Shown piece by piece: positions 40,101 through 48,820 of a DNA stretch of 64,000 nucleotides. Position 1 is the stretch's first letter; the number at the start of each line of letters is the position of its first letter. The notes beneath the pieces were generated by a model that made no database searches, was not told the origin of the DNA, and worked only from the letters and a program-made list of their open reading frames with translations. Source of the DNA: Candidatus Hydrogenedentota bacterium (GTDB lineage: Bacteria > Hydrogenedentota > Hydrogenedentia > Hydrogenedentales > SLHB01); assembly GCA_963745075.1 (NCBI GenBank), contig CAVUWV010000014.1, forward strand, positions 256,001 through 320,000, written 5' to 3'. Both the position numbers and the translations under genes were made by a program.

Positions 40101-40371
40101 AGGCGACGCCGTCGTAGTCCACGTTGTGAACGCCGGACAACTCGCTCTGCCAGGGGAAGGGGACGTTGATCCGGTTGTCGAACGTATGCCCCTCAAACCA
40201 ACGCTGCTGGAGTCCCTCGTCGTTAGGATCGAATGCAAAATCCCAGGGGCCGTTGAGGTTCAGCCACGGCCGGGACCAATCGGGACGAGGATGACTTTCC
40301 ACCGATTGCCACGCCTGGCTCCAGGCAGGGGCGCAAATCAGAACCAAGGGCACGATACAACGACTGCTCAT
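37174..40371 (-). CDS. Secreted GH2 glycoside hydrolase with extra C-terminal beta-sandwich domains
   Basis: NLNGPW.F, FGAVDW...VWING, GIWQTV, FGMR, RIHIK, NHPAI..W..FNE, NSEYGG. Confidence 0.9.
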   Translation of the reverse strand: MSSRCIVPLVLICAPAWSQAWQSVESHPRPDWSRPWLNLNGPWDFAFDPNDEGLQQRWFEGHTFDNRINVPFPWQSELSGVHNVDYDGVAWYQRGFTIPADAGPRVFLVFGAVDWSATVWINGQEVTSHEGGYIPFEVELTDMVKPGDSVTVTVRAVDRNEPDLPTGKQVHWYTHTGGIWQTVYMESRGSSYLQQAHVYPDIDSERAEFKLHIVAAEAGEYTVKLAATHEEQSASHSTRVSLAVGTNYIMADLPIPNPALWSPDFPALYDVDLTLSKGDDVVDEAHTYFGMRNIARGTYGGSDHEYILLNNKPIYLRGALHQSFNPKGIYTHPDDDFIRNDYEKAKEYGLNCLRIHIKTEEPRALYWADKLGVMLMCDMPNFWEKSDRAYGAWETILRGQVARDFNHPAIFAWVDFNETWGIGDKGYDKAAQDWAHSMWTLTKELDSTRLVEDNSPCLYDHTETDINSWHFYIDNFDRAKDHIAEVVEKTFPGSDFNYADGWVQGTAPLMNSEYGGVSAGSGDRDISWVFLFLTNLLRKQDNINGYIYTELSDIEWEHNGFMNYDRSDKIYNYPADITVADLQSPDYPVLDCAPYQQAKAGSDVSVPILFSHWSERNDLKLRVSVEGKSIDGNSWSEWIPAVERPVEGASYHVTPQDPFAFSVPNASGLMFVVAEILEDGQRIGANYCVVHAVDGAVWDEPNVYAVTFPVQSFSDTKSGASSVTILPHPGKVYGFNDTYFEYQIQMPKDLKADSIEEAHLIAEIGAKADRERLDWPARTKPQDYPQTDGRAWPTDVTVSIAGEPIKTVSIASDFADARGVLSHVAAYQHGSYGKVVNMTVEDDALAALKRTVERNQPVTIRVEVAADAAHKGGLAVYGSEMGQSPADPTLLLTLAPGTSKPKDEAKAVNVIADRLHTLLETGPKGHVWRYVLSDPGPDWAQPDFDMTAWEIGKGGFGTSGTPHARVGTDWKTPDIWLRTKINVLKGFEKGIAWLSLHHDEDMEVYVNGQPLFEEKGYLQDYERVSLTDAQRALFKPGKENTIAMHCHQTRGGQFVDLGLTVLTKE

Positions 40372-40521
40372 GACGGCTCTCCTCGACGGCGGAAAACATT
40401 CCCCTACATTGTTACGGTGTGGAACCGCTATCCTATGGGCGTTTGGCGAAAGGTGTCAACCTTCTTAGTTTGCGCACTGGTGCGCGGCGGGTGACTACGG
40501 CATGCGGGAGAGATAAGGATC

Positions 40522-42252
40522 TTGTTGACTGGAGAAAAGCTCACGCGGTCCGAGCAGTTTCGATTGATCGTTGCCTGTTTGGCGGTGGTGGGTTGCGCGG
40601 TGGCGTACTCGCCGCATTTAACGTCGTTTCTGCATGTCAAAGAAGGGGTGTTGGCCCTGTTTACGGGCATCCTCGGCATGCTGTTGATGTTTTCGGGGCG
40701 GGTTTCACGAGGGGGGACCGTATTCCTGTCGCCGCTTCTCCTCCTGGCCGTGGTTTCTGCGTCGGAAGGTGTTTGCGGATATATACGTCTCGATCGGGCT
40801 GCCCAAGTGGAACTACTGCGCTGGGCAGTCCTCGGCGCATTCCTGCTCAGCATCTTCGATCTGCTCGAGCGCGACGTTGCGCGTCGAGTACTCACGAAGA
40901 CGATCGTGGGGTCGGCCGTGCTGGTTGCCCTTCTCGGCATCGCCCAATACGCCGGGCTCGCGCGATGGATGTTCCCCGACTACAATGGAAAAGCGCACGC
41001 ACTTTATTCTGTTTTCGGCAATCCCGGCTTGTTTGGCGGATACCTTGCGGCAGCCCTGCCATTGGCGGTTTGGGGGCTGGTGAAAGCCGGTCCGAAACAA
41101 ATCGTTTGGTCGATGTACACCATTGTCTTGGCCGCAGGCTTGGCACTCTCGGGTACGCGCTCCGCATGGGGGGCAGCTCTGGCCGGAATTCTTCTTGTCG
41201 TGATTCAGGGCCGGTTCTGGAATCGCCGGGCGGCATTGGCCGTAGGGATACTTATCCTCGCCGTGGTCGGCGTCGTTCTGGTCGCGCCAAACATGACGCT
41301 TGAGCGCGTACAGACCGCGGTCCACCACGCCGATCCCAGTATAGGGCTCCGCCTCTGGTTTTGGGCGGGTGCATTGCAGATGATCCGGGACCATTTGCCG
41401 TTCGGCGCTGGTCCTGGAAGTTTCGCCTATTATAGCCCGCTGGCGCTCGGGGAAGTGCTTCATCATGCGGGAGGTGACTGGTTCATACATAACGAACTTC
41501 ACACCGATCATGCCCACAACGACCTTCTCGAACTCGGCGCCGAGTTCGGCATTCCGGGGCTGCTTTTGCTGTTCTGGTGGGGACTACGACTGCTCCGGTG
41601 TTCCGGGCCGGAATGGGGAGGACTGATTGCGCTTCTTGTGTTCTCGTGCTTCTATTTCCCGTTCTACAGCGCTCCGCACGCGCTCGTCGGGTTGTTGCTT
41701 GCCGGCATGCTGTTTGCCCGGCATAGGGAGCGCATCGTTCTCGCAGACACCGCCGGCTCCCGGGCCGGCCGCTGGGGCGCCATCGCGATTGGAAGCGGCG
41801 CCCTGTGTGTGGCGCCGCTGGTTTTCTGGATGGTGTTGCTTCCCAGCTTCCGACTGCGCGCGGCGGAGGATATCCACGTGGCGAACGGCGATCCCGTGCC
41901 GGCGTACCAACGCGCGTTGCGCTGCGATTGGGCGCCCGCGGAAGTCCACGAGAAGCTCGGCCTCGCCTTGTTGCAGGCGAGACATGCCGCCGGCGCGGAA
42001 GAAGAATTCCATCGTGCCTTGGAAGGTATGGACACCGGATCCGTCTACTTAGGGTTGGGTGTGGCACTCCTCCAACAGGGGAAAAACTCCGAAGCGCGGG
42101 ATGCATTCGAGGCGTGCGTATACCGCTGGCCGTCTTACCAAGAAGGGTGGGAACTGCTGCTACGCGTAACGCCAAAGGAGGGGCGGGCCAACGTCGTCCG
42201 GCGTGCGGAACGATGGCTCGGTCCCGGTAAACTGAACGCGAAGGAAGAGTGA
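40522..42252 (+). CDS. O-antigen ligase-family protein with C-terminal TPR
   Basis: FGNP, SGTRSAW, R...W..AL.MIRDH.PFG.GPG.F, HAHNDLLE; TPR-like tail. Confidence 0.9.
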   Translation: MLTGEKLTRSEQFRLIVACLAVVGCAVAYSPHLTSFLHVKEGVLALFTGILGMLLMFSGRVSRGGTVFLSPLLLLAVVSASEGVCGYIRLDRAAQVELLRWAVLGAFLLSIFDLLERDVARRVLTKTIVGSAVLVALLGIAQYAGLARWMFPDYNGKAHALYSVFGNPGLFGGYLAAALPLAVWGLVKAGPKQIVWSMYTIVLAAGLALSGTRSAWGAALAGILLVVIQGRFWNRRAALAVGILILAVVGVVLVAPNMTLERVQTAVHHADPSIGLRLWFWAGALQMIRDHLPFGAGPGSFAYYSPLALGEVLHHAGGDWFIHNELHTDHAHNDLLELGAEFGIPGLLLLFWWGLRLLRCSGPEWGGLIALLVFSCFYFPFYSAPHALVGLLLAGMLFARHRERIVLADTAGSRAGRWGAIAIGSGALCVAPLVFWMVLLPSFRLRAAEDIHVANGDPVPAYQRALRCDWAPAEVHEKLGLALLQARHAAGAEEEFHRALEGMDTGSVYLGLGVALLQQGKNSEARDAFEACVYRWPSYQEGWELLLRVTPKEGRANVVRRAERWLGPGKLNAKEE

Positions 42253-42259
42253 GGGGATG

Positions 42260-43703
42260 CTACGACGCCTTGCTGACGGGTAGCAGTCCGCGCACCGTGC
42301 CGTGAATCGTCTCGTTCTCCGGCGCGGCAACGCGAACCGTATAACGGGAACCTGGAATGATGTCGGTCACGATTTCGTATGGCGCCTGCTCAACGACTTT
42401 AACAACCGTTTCGCCGGATACCAATTGCGCGCGGAGCGGGGCGTCTGCGCGATCCGCAACAATCGCGATAGCGGCTTTGCCACAGAGCGCGTCCAGCCAC
42501 GGGGAGCCGGTCGTCGCCCAGATTAGCGAGTACTGAAACGGCGCAGTTCCCGGGGGAAGCGGGCTGGCGTGGTCTTGGGACGTTGAATTCGCCGCGAATT
42601 TCTCAATGGCCGGCCACTGCCGGGTCGGTTCCATTCCCACCAACGTCAGCCAAAGGGCAACGCCGAGAAGCGTAGCCAGGACGGAATGAATGGCACAGAC
42701 CCCGATCAACCGTCCCAAGTGACCTCCCGGTAGGAACAGTAAGGCAACGACCGTTGACGCAGCAAGCGGGCCAACGACCGCGTAGCGCTGATACGGGATG
42801 GGCATCCACAGGAGGAGATACGACACGCAGGCCACCAGGAGTCCCGCGCCGCATGCATCAATGAGCGACATCCCGTCGATGCGGAAAACACGGAAGAGCC
42901 CCCACAAGACCACGGGGCAGCAAAGGAGCAAGCCCCCGCCAATCGCCAGACGCGGCCAATAGAGGACTCCCGCCAATGCAGCGTATACGGAAGCCGGGAG
43001 CGTTTCGCTGGTCGATTCCACCGGAAGATAGCGTAGTCCGATGTACACCGCCCCGGAGAATGCCATGACGGAAAGGAGCCCCCCCACCAATGGCCGCGCC
43101 CACGTTGCGCCAGAACGTCGTACGTTCGGGCAACGGTTTTACGCTGAGAGGCGTGTGGGGATGTGCGAGGGAGGCGTGGCATTGCCAACACCGGTCGAAT
43201 TCCTCGCTGTTTTGAGCGCCGCAGTTCTCGCAGATGCGTCCGCTGCGCAAGTTGATACCGCTGTCGCTGTCGGCGAGGTGCAGCTCATCCTGGGGCGTAT
43301 TGGCCGGTGTCGATCGCAGCCGCTGGACGGAACGGCTGGCAATCGAGTGGTCCGGATCGAGCCGCAGCACCCCTTCCCAGGCGGTCGCGGCTTGTTCGGC
43401 ATGGCCGGCCACTTCGTGCACCTTGGCAAGCTGCTCCCATACCGGAATCTCCGATGGCCACTGCGCGAGGATTTGTTCCAGCTCCGTTACCGCCTCATCG
43501 TACCGGCCCAACCGATAGTACGTGGCCGCAAGATACCGAAGTATGTTGAGCTTCCGGTTCCACTTCTTCTTCAGGATTTGAAGGTGCTTCAGAGACTCGT
43601 TGTACTCCCAGGCCATATACAACTTCTTGGCCAGACGCCACCGGTATTCGTAAGCGTCGGGATGATTCACGACGTAGTCCGCCAAATCCTTGAGATCATT
43701 CAT
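42260..43703 (-). pseudogene. TPR + zinc ribbon + multi-TM protein split by a frameshift in a G7 tract
   Basis: ORFs 42858-43703 (TPR, CENC...CWQC) and 42260-43090 (TM) join as AIGGGLLSVM if one G is removed at 43079-43085. Confidence 0.7.
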
Positions 43704-43763
43704 GGATGCTACTCACCGGTCATCGCAGGCGCGCGGCAATGTATCGACATGAGCCGAAACGGG

Positions 43764-44024
43764 TCATCGTTTCTTCGCCTTCTTTCGGGTTTGTGCGTGA
43801 CGCCGTTTCGACCGTACCTGAAGCGCCGTATTGACGATCCAGGTGACGATTCCCGAAGCGAAAAAGGCAAGCAAGACTCCCAACCCGAACGGGATCGGCC
43901 ACTCCTGATCTTCCCGCACGACGTGCCAGGACAAGTATATAGCCGGAATCAGAAGAATGGCGAATACGACCACCAAAAACACCCAACCCACGCTATCAAT
44001 CGGACTGCGGTCTTGTTTTGGCAT
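43764..44024 (-). CDS. Small two-TM membrane protein
   Basis: Two hydrophobic helices and a basic tail; in operon orientation. Confidence 0.75.
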   Translation of the reverse strand: MPKQDRSPIDSVGWVFLVVVFAILLIPAIYLSWHVVREDQEWPIPFGLGVLLAFFASGIVTWIVNTALQVRSKRRHAQTRKKAKKR

Positions 44025-44036
44025 AAGCTCCTTCGA

Positions 44037-45287
44037 CTACTCCTGCGGTATGACGATTCGAAACAACGCGCCGCCTTCCGGAGAGTGCGACACGCTCAAT
44101 TGGCCATCATGTTCTGCGACGATCTTCTGACAAACGGCCAACCCGAGCCCGGTTCCTTGCGACCCCTTGGTCGAGTAGAACGGATCGAAGATCCGTTTCG
44201 TGTCCTTCTCGGGTATCCCTGGGCCATTGTCCGATACCTCAATAACCAACGCGTTCTTCTCGACGTTTCTCGCTTCGATGCGAACTGCACCGCCTTCGTT
44301 CGGCAGCGCCTCCGCTGCGTTCAGGACCAGATTCAACAAGCAACGATACAATCCACGAGGATCCACGCGGCTTTCCCCGGTCAGTGCTTCCGATGTAACG
44401 GTCAACTCAATCTTCTTGCGCGAAAGCATCGCCCAGAATGTCTGGGACACGTCCTCGATGAGCCCCTGAATATCCGTCAGTTCGCGATGGGGGACGCGCG
44501 GCTTGCTGAAGGCGAGCATATCTTCCACGAAGTTGGCGATTCGTTTCGTGCTGCGTTTGAAAATCGGCCAACTACGTTCCAGAAATTCCGAATTGTTTCG
44601 TTCGAGCCCCTGGTCGATCAAGTCTACACTGCCGCTCATCCCGGTGATGATGTTCTTCGTATAATGGGCCAATCCGGCCACCGCTTGGCCCAGCGCGGCC
44701 AGACGTTCGGCCTGAAGATTCTCTTCGATAAGTCGGGCGTTTGCGATGGACGTTGCCACGAGACCTCCGAAGATCTCCATCACGTGGAGGTCGGTGCTGG
44801 TGAAGGGGCCGCCCCCAACTTTGTTCACAACCTCGATGACGCCGATGAGATTCTCCCGATCCAAGAGCGGAACCGCCAACAACGATCGCGTCTCAAAGTG
44901 GCTGGTCTCGTCTGCGGACTGATAGAAGCGGCGATCCTCGCGCACGTCGGGCACGTTCACGGACTGGCGGGTTTCCGCCGCGACCCCGGCAATGCCCTCG
45001 CCCTTGCTCAGCCGGACCTCGCGCTTGAGGGCCTCCTGATCGCCCGACTCACCGAGGGCAACTTCGAAGTAGAGTTCTTCCGTGGCGGCGTCATACAGCA
45101 TGAGCGAGCAGGCTTCTGCGTGAGCTATCTGCTTGCTTTCCTCCATGATGCGGGCCAGCAGGGTATTGAGATCGGTAATGAGCGCGATAAACCGATGAAC
45201 TCGGTATAGAACATCCACGATGCGCCGCAACTCATCGGGCGAAACGTCATCGAGCCACGCGGCATTTTCCGATATGTTGGAGGTCAC
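44037..45287 (-). CDS. GAF-domain sensor histidine kinase (cytoplasmic)
   Basis: GEGIAG.....V.DV.ED.RF...D....F.TRSLLAVPL (GAF); LAHYTKN H-box; NA.EA, DNGPGI, FDPFYSTK, GTGLGL. Confidence 0.93.
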   Translation of the reverse strand: MTSNISENAAWLDDVSPDELRRIVDVLYRVHRFIALITDLNTLLARIMEESKQIAHAEACSLMLYDAATEELYFEVALGESGDQEALKREVRLSKGEGIAGVAAETRQSVNVPDVREDRRFYQSADETSHFETRSLLAVPLLDRENLIGVIEVVNKVGGGPFTSTDLHVMEIFGGLVATSIANARLIEENLQAERLAALGQAVAGLAHYTKNIITGMSGSVDLIDQGLERNNSEFLERSWPIFKRSTKRIANFVEDMLAFSKPRVPHRELTDIQGLIEDVSQTFWAMLSRKKIELTVTSEALTGESRVDPRGLYRCLLNLVLNAAEALPNEGGAVRIEARNVEKNALVIEVSDNGPGIPEKDTKRIFDPFYSTKGSQGTGLGLAVCQKIVAEHDGQLSVSHSPEGGALFRIVIPQE

Positions 45288-45288
45288 G

Positions 45289-46338
45289 TCAGTCCCGCGC
45301 CTGCCGGTCAAGATAGGCATCAATCTCTGGAAGGGCATCATAGATCACGTCGCCGACGACCTGCAAACTATCCGCGCTTACGTGGTCGATGGTGTCGTTG
45401 GCCGTATGCCACAGGTTGCTGTGATCCAGGCGGGAGCCGCCGTACTCGAAATCGATGACTTCCAGCGACGAAACGCCGGCCAGACGGAACGGCATATGGT
45501 CATCCTGAATCGTCGTGGATTGCGACAGGAAATGACCGGAATACCCCTGGCTCGCCGCAGTAGTCCAAACGATATTGCTCAACCATCCCGGAGCGCCCGC
45601 ATCGCGGACGATCCCAAGGTACTTGTCGCCGATCATGTCGACGTTGATCATCGCGTCCACACTTTTGAGCTTCCCTTGATGGCGCAACGTTCGAACGAAT
45701 TCCCGGCTTCCGTACAAACTGTCCGTGTCCGACCAGTCCTTGAAGGCCTCCTCGCCATCGAACCACACCAGCCAAACGCTCCGTCCATCGCGCCGAGGTC
45801 CCAAGGCGCGCGCCATTTCGATCGTCCACGCGGTGGTCGACCCGCCGTCGTTTGCGCCCACAAACCGAAAGTCCGGGAAATACTTCGTGTCGTAATGATT
45901 TCCCAAAAGAATCACACCGTCCTGCGACCCTTGAATGGTGCCCACCACGTTTACCATGCGCCGCTTCCCCAAGGGAGTTTCGACTTCGAAAGGGTATTCC
46001 TTTACCGGAATGCCGGCCTTATTGAGTTCTTCCCGGATCATCGACCGCGTACGTTCAGCTTCCGGAGAACCCGGGGGCCGCGGCCCGAGTGCGCAGATCC
46101 GCTCCAAATCGGCATAGGCCCGCTTGCCGTCGAAAGGAGAACGCGCACCGGCCTGGTTTGGGATTTGTGCCTTGTCGCGATAGGCCATCTGGTGCATTCC
46201 GGCGCTGAACAGGAGGAGCAAGATAAAGGTACTGACCCCGCCAGCGACGATGACTTTCAAGGCCGTTTTTCCGAACGAGGCCCGTCGTCTCGGCTTACGA
46301 GGAGGGTTGGACGCTTTCTTCGTGCGTTTCTTGCTCAT
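45289..46338 (-). CDS. M28-family peptidase / glutaminyl cyclase-like
   Basis: HYDTK, GANDG, FDGEE, DMIG, DDHMPF, WHT..D; N-terminal TM anchor. Confidence 0.9.
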   Translation of the reverse strand: MSKKRTKKASNPPRKPRRRASFGKTALKVIVAGGVSTFILLLLFSAGMHQMAYRDKAQIPNQAGARSPFDGKRAYADLERICALGPRPPGSPEAERTRSMIREELNKAGIPVKEYPFEVETPLGKRRMVNVVGTIQGSQDGVILLGNHYDTKYFPDFRFVGANDGGSTTAWTIEMARALGPRRDGRSVWLVWFDGEEAFKDWSDTDSLYGSREFVRTLRHQGKLKSVDAMINVDMIGDKYLGIVRDAGAPGWLSNIVWTTAASQGYSGHFLSQSTTIQDDHMPFRLAGVSSLEVIDFEYGGSRLDHSNLWHTANDTIDHVSADSLQVVGDVIYDALPEIDAYLDRQARD

Positions 46339-46386
46339 GTCGGAATTATGCGGTTGTTCGCTGGTAGCGGCAAGTGTCGGGTCCGG

Positions 46387-47118
46387 CTACGGGGTTGGGG
46401 CCGGAGCAACTCGGGTCGCACAATGCTGCACGAAGGCCGCCATTAGCCAATTGGGAGGAGACGGTTCCCGTTCCGGGTGCCATTGCACTCCGATGACAAA
46501 GTCGCGGTCTGGACGCTCGATCGCTTCGATAATCCCGTCATCACTCGATGCGGCAAGTCGAAATCCCGCCGGGACTTCGCGAATGGCCTGATGGTGGGAT
46601 GACGTAACCGTGTGGCATAGGCCCGGGGCGAGGCCGGCCAATTTCGTTTCCTCGACCAACTGCACTTCATGCCGCAGCATTCGGCTTTCGTCGCCGTGCA
46701 ACCGGGCGTTTGGGCACGCGGTCGGGATGTCCTGTATCATCCCTCCGCCGGCAACGACGTTCATCACCTGCATTCCCAGGCAAATACCCAGGAGCGGCAT
46801 GTCGACAGACAGAGCCCCCTTCAGCCACAGACATTCGCTCTCCCAACGTTCCATCGGCAGGGGTACGGAGGCCGGATGTTGGGGTTCCCCAAGTACCGAC
46901 GCGGGGATATCGTCGTTTCCACCCGACAGAATTAATCCGTCCAACCGTTGCAGAGTCTGCTCTACGTTGGGGGCATCCGCGGTAGGCAGGATGACCGGGA
47001 GGCCTCCGGCATTGGCGACCCCCGAGCAGTAACTGGCCAAAATCGAGTTGGCATTCCAGGGGCGCCCCTGGAGGGTATTGGGTAGAAACTCGCTGGTTAT
47101 TCCAATGATGGGTTTCAT
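46387..47118 (-). CDS. Gamma-glutamyl-GABA hydrolase-family glutamine amidotransferase (peptidase C26)
   Basis: KPIIGIT, DGLILSGG, LGICLGMQ, SSHHQA, GVQWHPE. Confidence 0.92.
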   Translation of the reverse strand: MKPIIGITSEFLPNTLQGRPWNANSILASYCSGVANAGGLPVILPTADAPNVEQTLQRLDGLILSGGNDDIPASVLGEPQHPASVPLPMERWESECLWLKGALSVDMPLLGICLGMQVMNVVAGGGMIQDIPTACPNARLHGDESRMLRHEVQLVEETKLAGLAPGLCHTVTSSHHQAIREVPAGFRLAASSDDGIIEAIERPDRDFVIGVQWHPEREPSPPNWLMAAFVQHCATRVAPAPTP

Positions 47119-47352
47119 CGAGCGTATCTCCGGAACTGGCAATAACTTAAAATGAGCGAAGGGCGTCCAGGTATATCCATCCCTCTCGGATACCCTTTCT
47201 TGATTTGTAAGATAATAAATAACAGTACTTTACATGGAATTCGACATACGTCCTGCCAGCCGTTGGCTAGACCCTGGACGGGGGAGTATACCACGGTCCA
47301 TTGGGCGCAATGCGAACTCCATAACTTTTTGTGGGTAACCCGTGACATTTGC

Positions 47353-47381
47353 GAAACCTGTGCATTCCGAGCCGGGTCTAA
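47353..47381 (+). promoter_or_regulatory. Putative ECF-sigma promoter for the RND operon
   Basis: GAAAC-N17-GGTCTAA. Confidence 0.4.
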
Positions 47382-47511
47382 TTTAGTGACTTGGAGTGCG
47401 TCGCGGGGATGCGCACTACTCTAGTAGGTGCAGAAAACGTTCGGCTCAGTCGCGGGATCTCCGTAGTCAAAACGAGCGAAAGACCTTTCTTGAAAGTGGT
47501 ATGGAGGACAT

Positions 47512-48756
47512 ATGCGCAAGGCATTGACACTAGTAGCCATCGTGACGCTGGCGGGACTCGTCTCTGGTTGCCCCGGAAGTGAAAAGAGCGCGTCCGACGA
47601 TAAACCGGAAGCCAAGGCTCCCGAGAAACGGACTTCCATTCCGGTGGAGGCGCAACTTCCAACTCGAGGGGAAATCTCGGAATACTTCGAAACCACCACG
47701 CGCGTCGAGGCGGAACGAAAGGTTACTGTCACCTCCGAAGGCATGGGCAAGTGCATGAAAGTCTACGTCGATGAAGGGGATCACGTCCGCGCAGGGGATG
47801 TCTTGGCTGAATTAGACAAGCAGGAGCTTGACGCTCAGCTTCGATCGGCCAACGCCCAGCTTCAGAAGTTGAAGAGCGACTACGGCCGGTCGAAGGAAAT
47901 GTTTGACGAAGGGTTGGCGGCCAAGGCCGAGTATGACAACGCCCGCTACGCCTACGAACAGCAACTCGCGGTCGTCAATCAGCAACAGGTCCAGTTGAAC
48001 AATATGACAATTCGGGCGCCCATTACCGGCGTGATTACCGTCAAGAACATTCAGCAAGGCGATTTGGTTTCGTCCGGGTCGCCGGCATTCGACGTGGTGG
48101 ACACCAATTCGTACATCCTCACGATCAACCCGCCGGAGAAACTCTTGCCGCGTTTGAAGAAGGGGCAAACCGCACTCGTGAGTGTGGACGCCGCCCAGGG
48201 CGATGAGTTCCAGGCCAAGGTTCGCCGCATCAATCCCGCGGTGGACCCCGCCAGCGGGACCATCAAAGTAACGCTGGATTTCAAAAAGGATGCGATGGCG
48301 CAGTTGCGCGAAGCAGCCTTCGCGCGGGTACGGTTGGTCATGGACACCCATGAGGACGCCCTGCTCGTGCCCAAAGATGCACTTGTCGAAGAAAATGCGC
48401 GGAAATATCTCTTCGTCGTGGAGCCAAAAACCGAAGCGTCCCCGGAGAAGACGACAACCGCGTCGACAGGTGCTGAAAAGGCTGCGGATGCGGAGGTTCT
48501 CGTGGCCAAGCGGGTCGAAGTAAACACCGGCCTGGAGGACAATGCGAACGTCGAGATCGTCGACGGTATCGATGCAGAGTCGCCTATCGTGACCGTGGGG
48601 CAGCAGACTTTGAAGCCGGGTTCGGAAGTCAAGCTGACCACGGCCGAAGACGAGCTGATGGCGAAGGCCGATATGAGTGCGGAAGAGGCTCTGAAAGCAG
48701 CGGAAGCGGAACGCGCCCGTGGCGCGAAGACGGTGGATCGCCGCCAGGGCATGTAA
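47512..48756 (+). CDS. RND efflux periplasmic adaptor (MFP), lipoprotein
   Basis: Lipobox VSG-C; V.EGD.V.AG..LAELD, IRAPITG, INPAVDP.SGT; RBS GGAGG. Confidence 0.93.
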   Translation: MRKALTLVAIVTLAGLVSGCPGSEKSASDDKPEAKAPEKRTSIPVEAQLPTRGEISEYFETTTRVEAERKVTVTSEGMGKCMKVYVDEGDHVRAGDVLAELDKQELDAQLRSANAQLQKLKSDYGRSKEMFDEGLAAKAEYDNARYAYEQQLAVVNQQQVQLNNMTIRAPITGVITVKNIQQGDLVSSGSPAFDVVDTNSYILTINPPEKLLPRLKKGQTALVSVDAAQGDEFQAKVRRINPAVDPASGTIKVTLDFKKDAMAQLREAAFARVRLVMDTHEDALLVPKDALVEENARKYLFVVEPKTEASPEKTTTASTGAEKAADAEVLVAKRVEVNTGLEDNANVEIVDGIDAESPIVTVGQQTLKPGSEVKLTTAEDELMAKADMSAEEALKAAEAERARGAKTVDRRQGM

Positions 48757-48820
48757 GCCCTGTCGCGGACGAACGGCGTCATGTGTGTTGTGGTGTTGAC
48801 CTACTGCGGATTCAATCTCT

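Noticed and set aside
43041..45209. 722-aa plus-strand ORF
   Set aside because: Antisense shadow of the kinase and TPR genes; no recognisable motifs.
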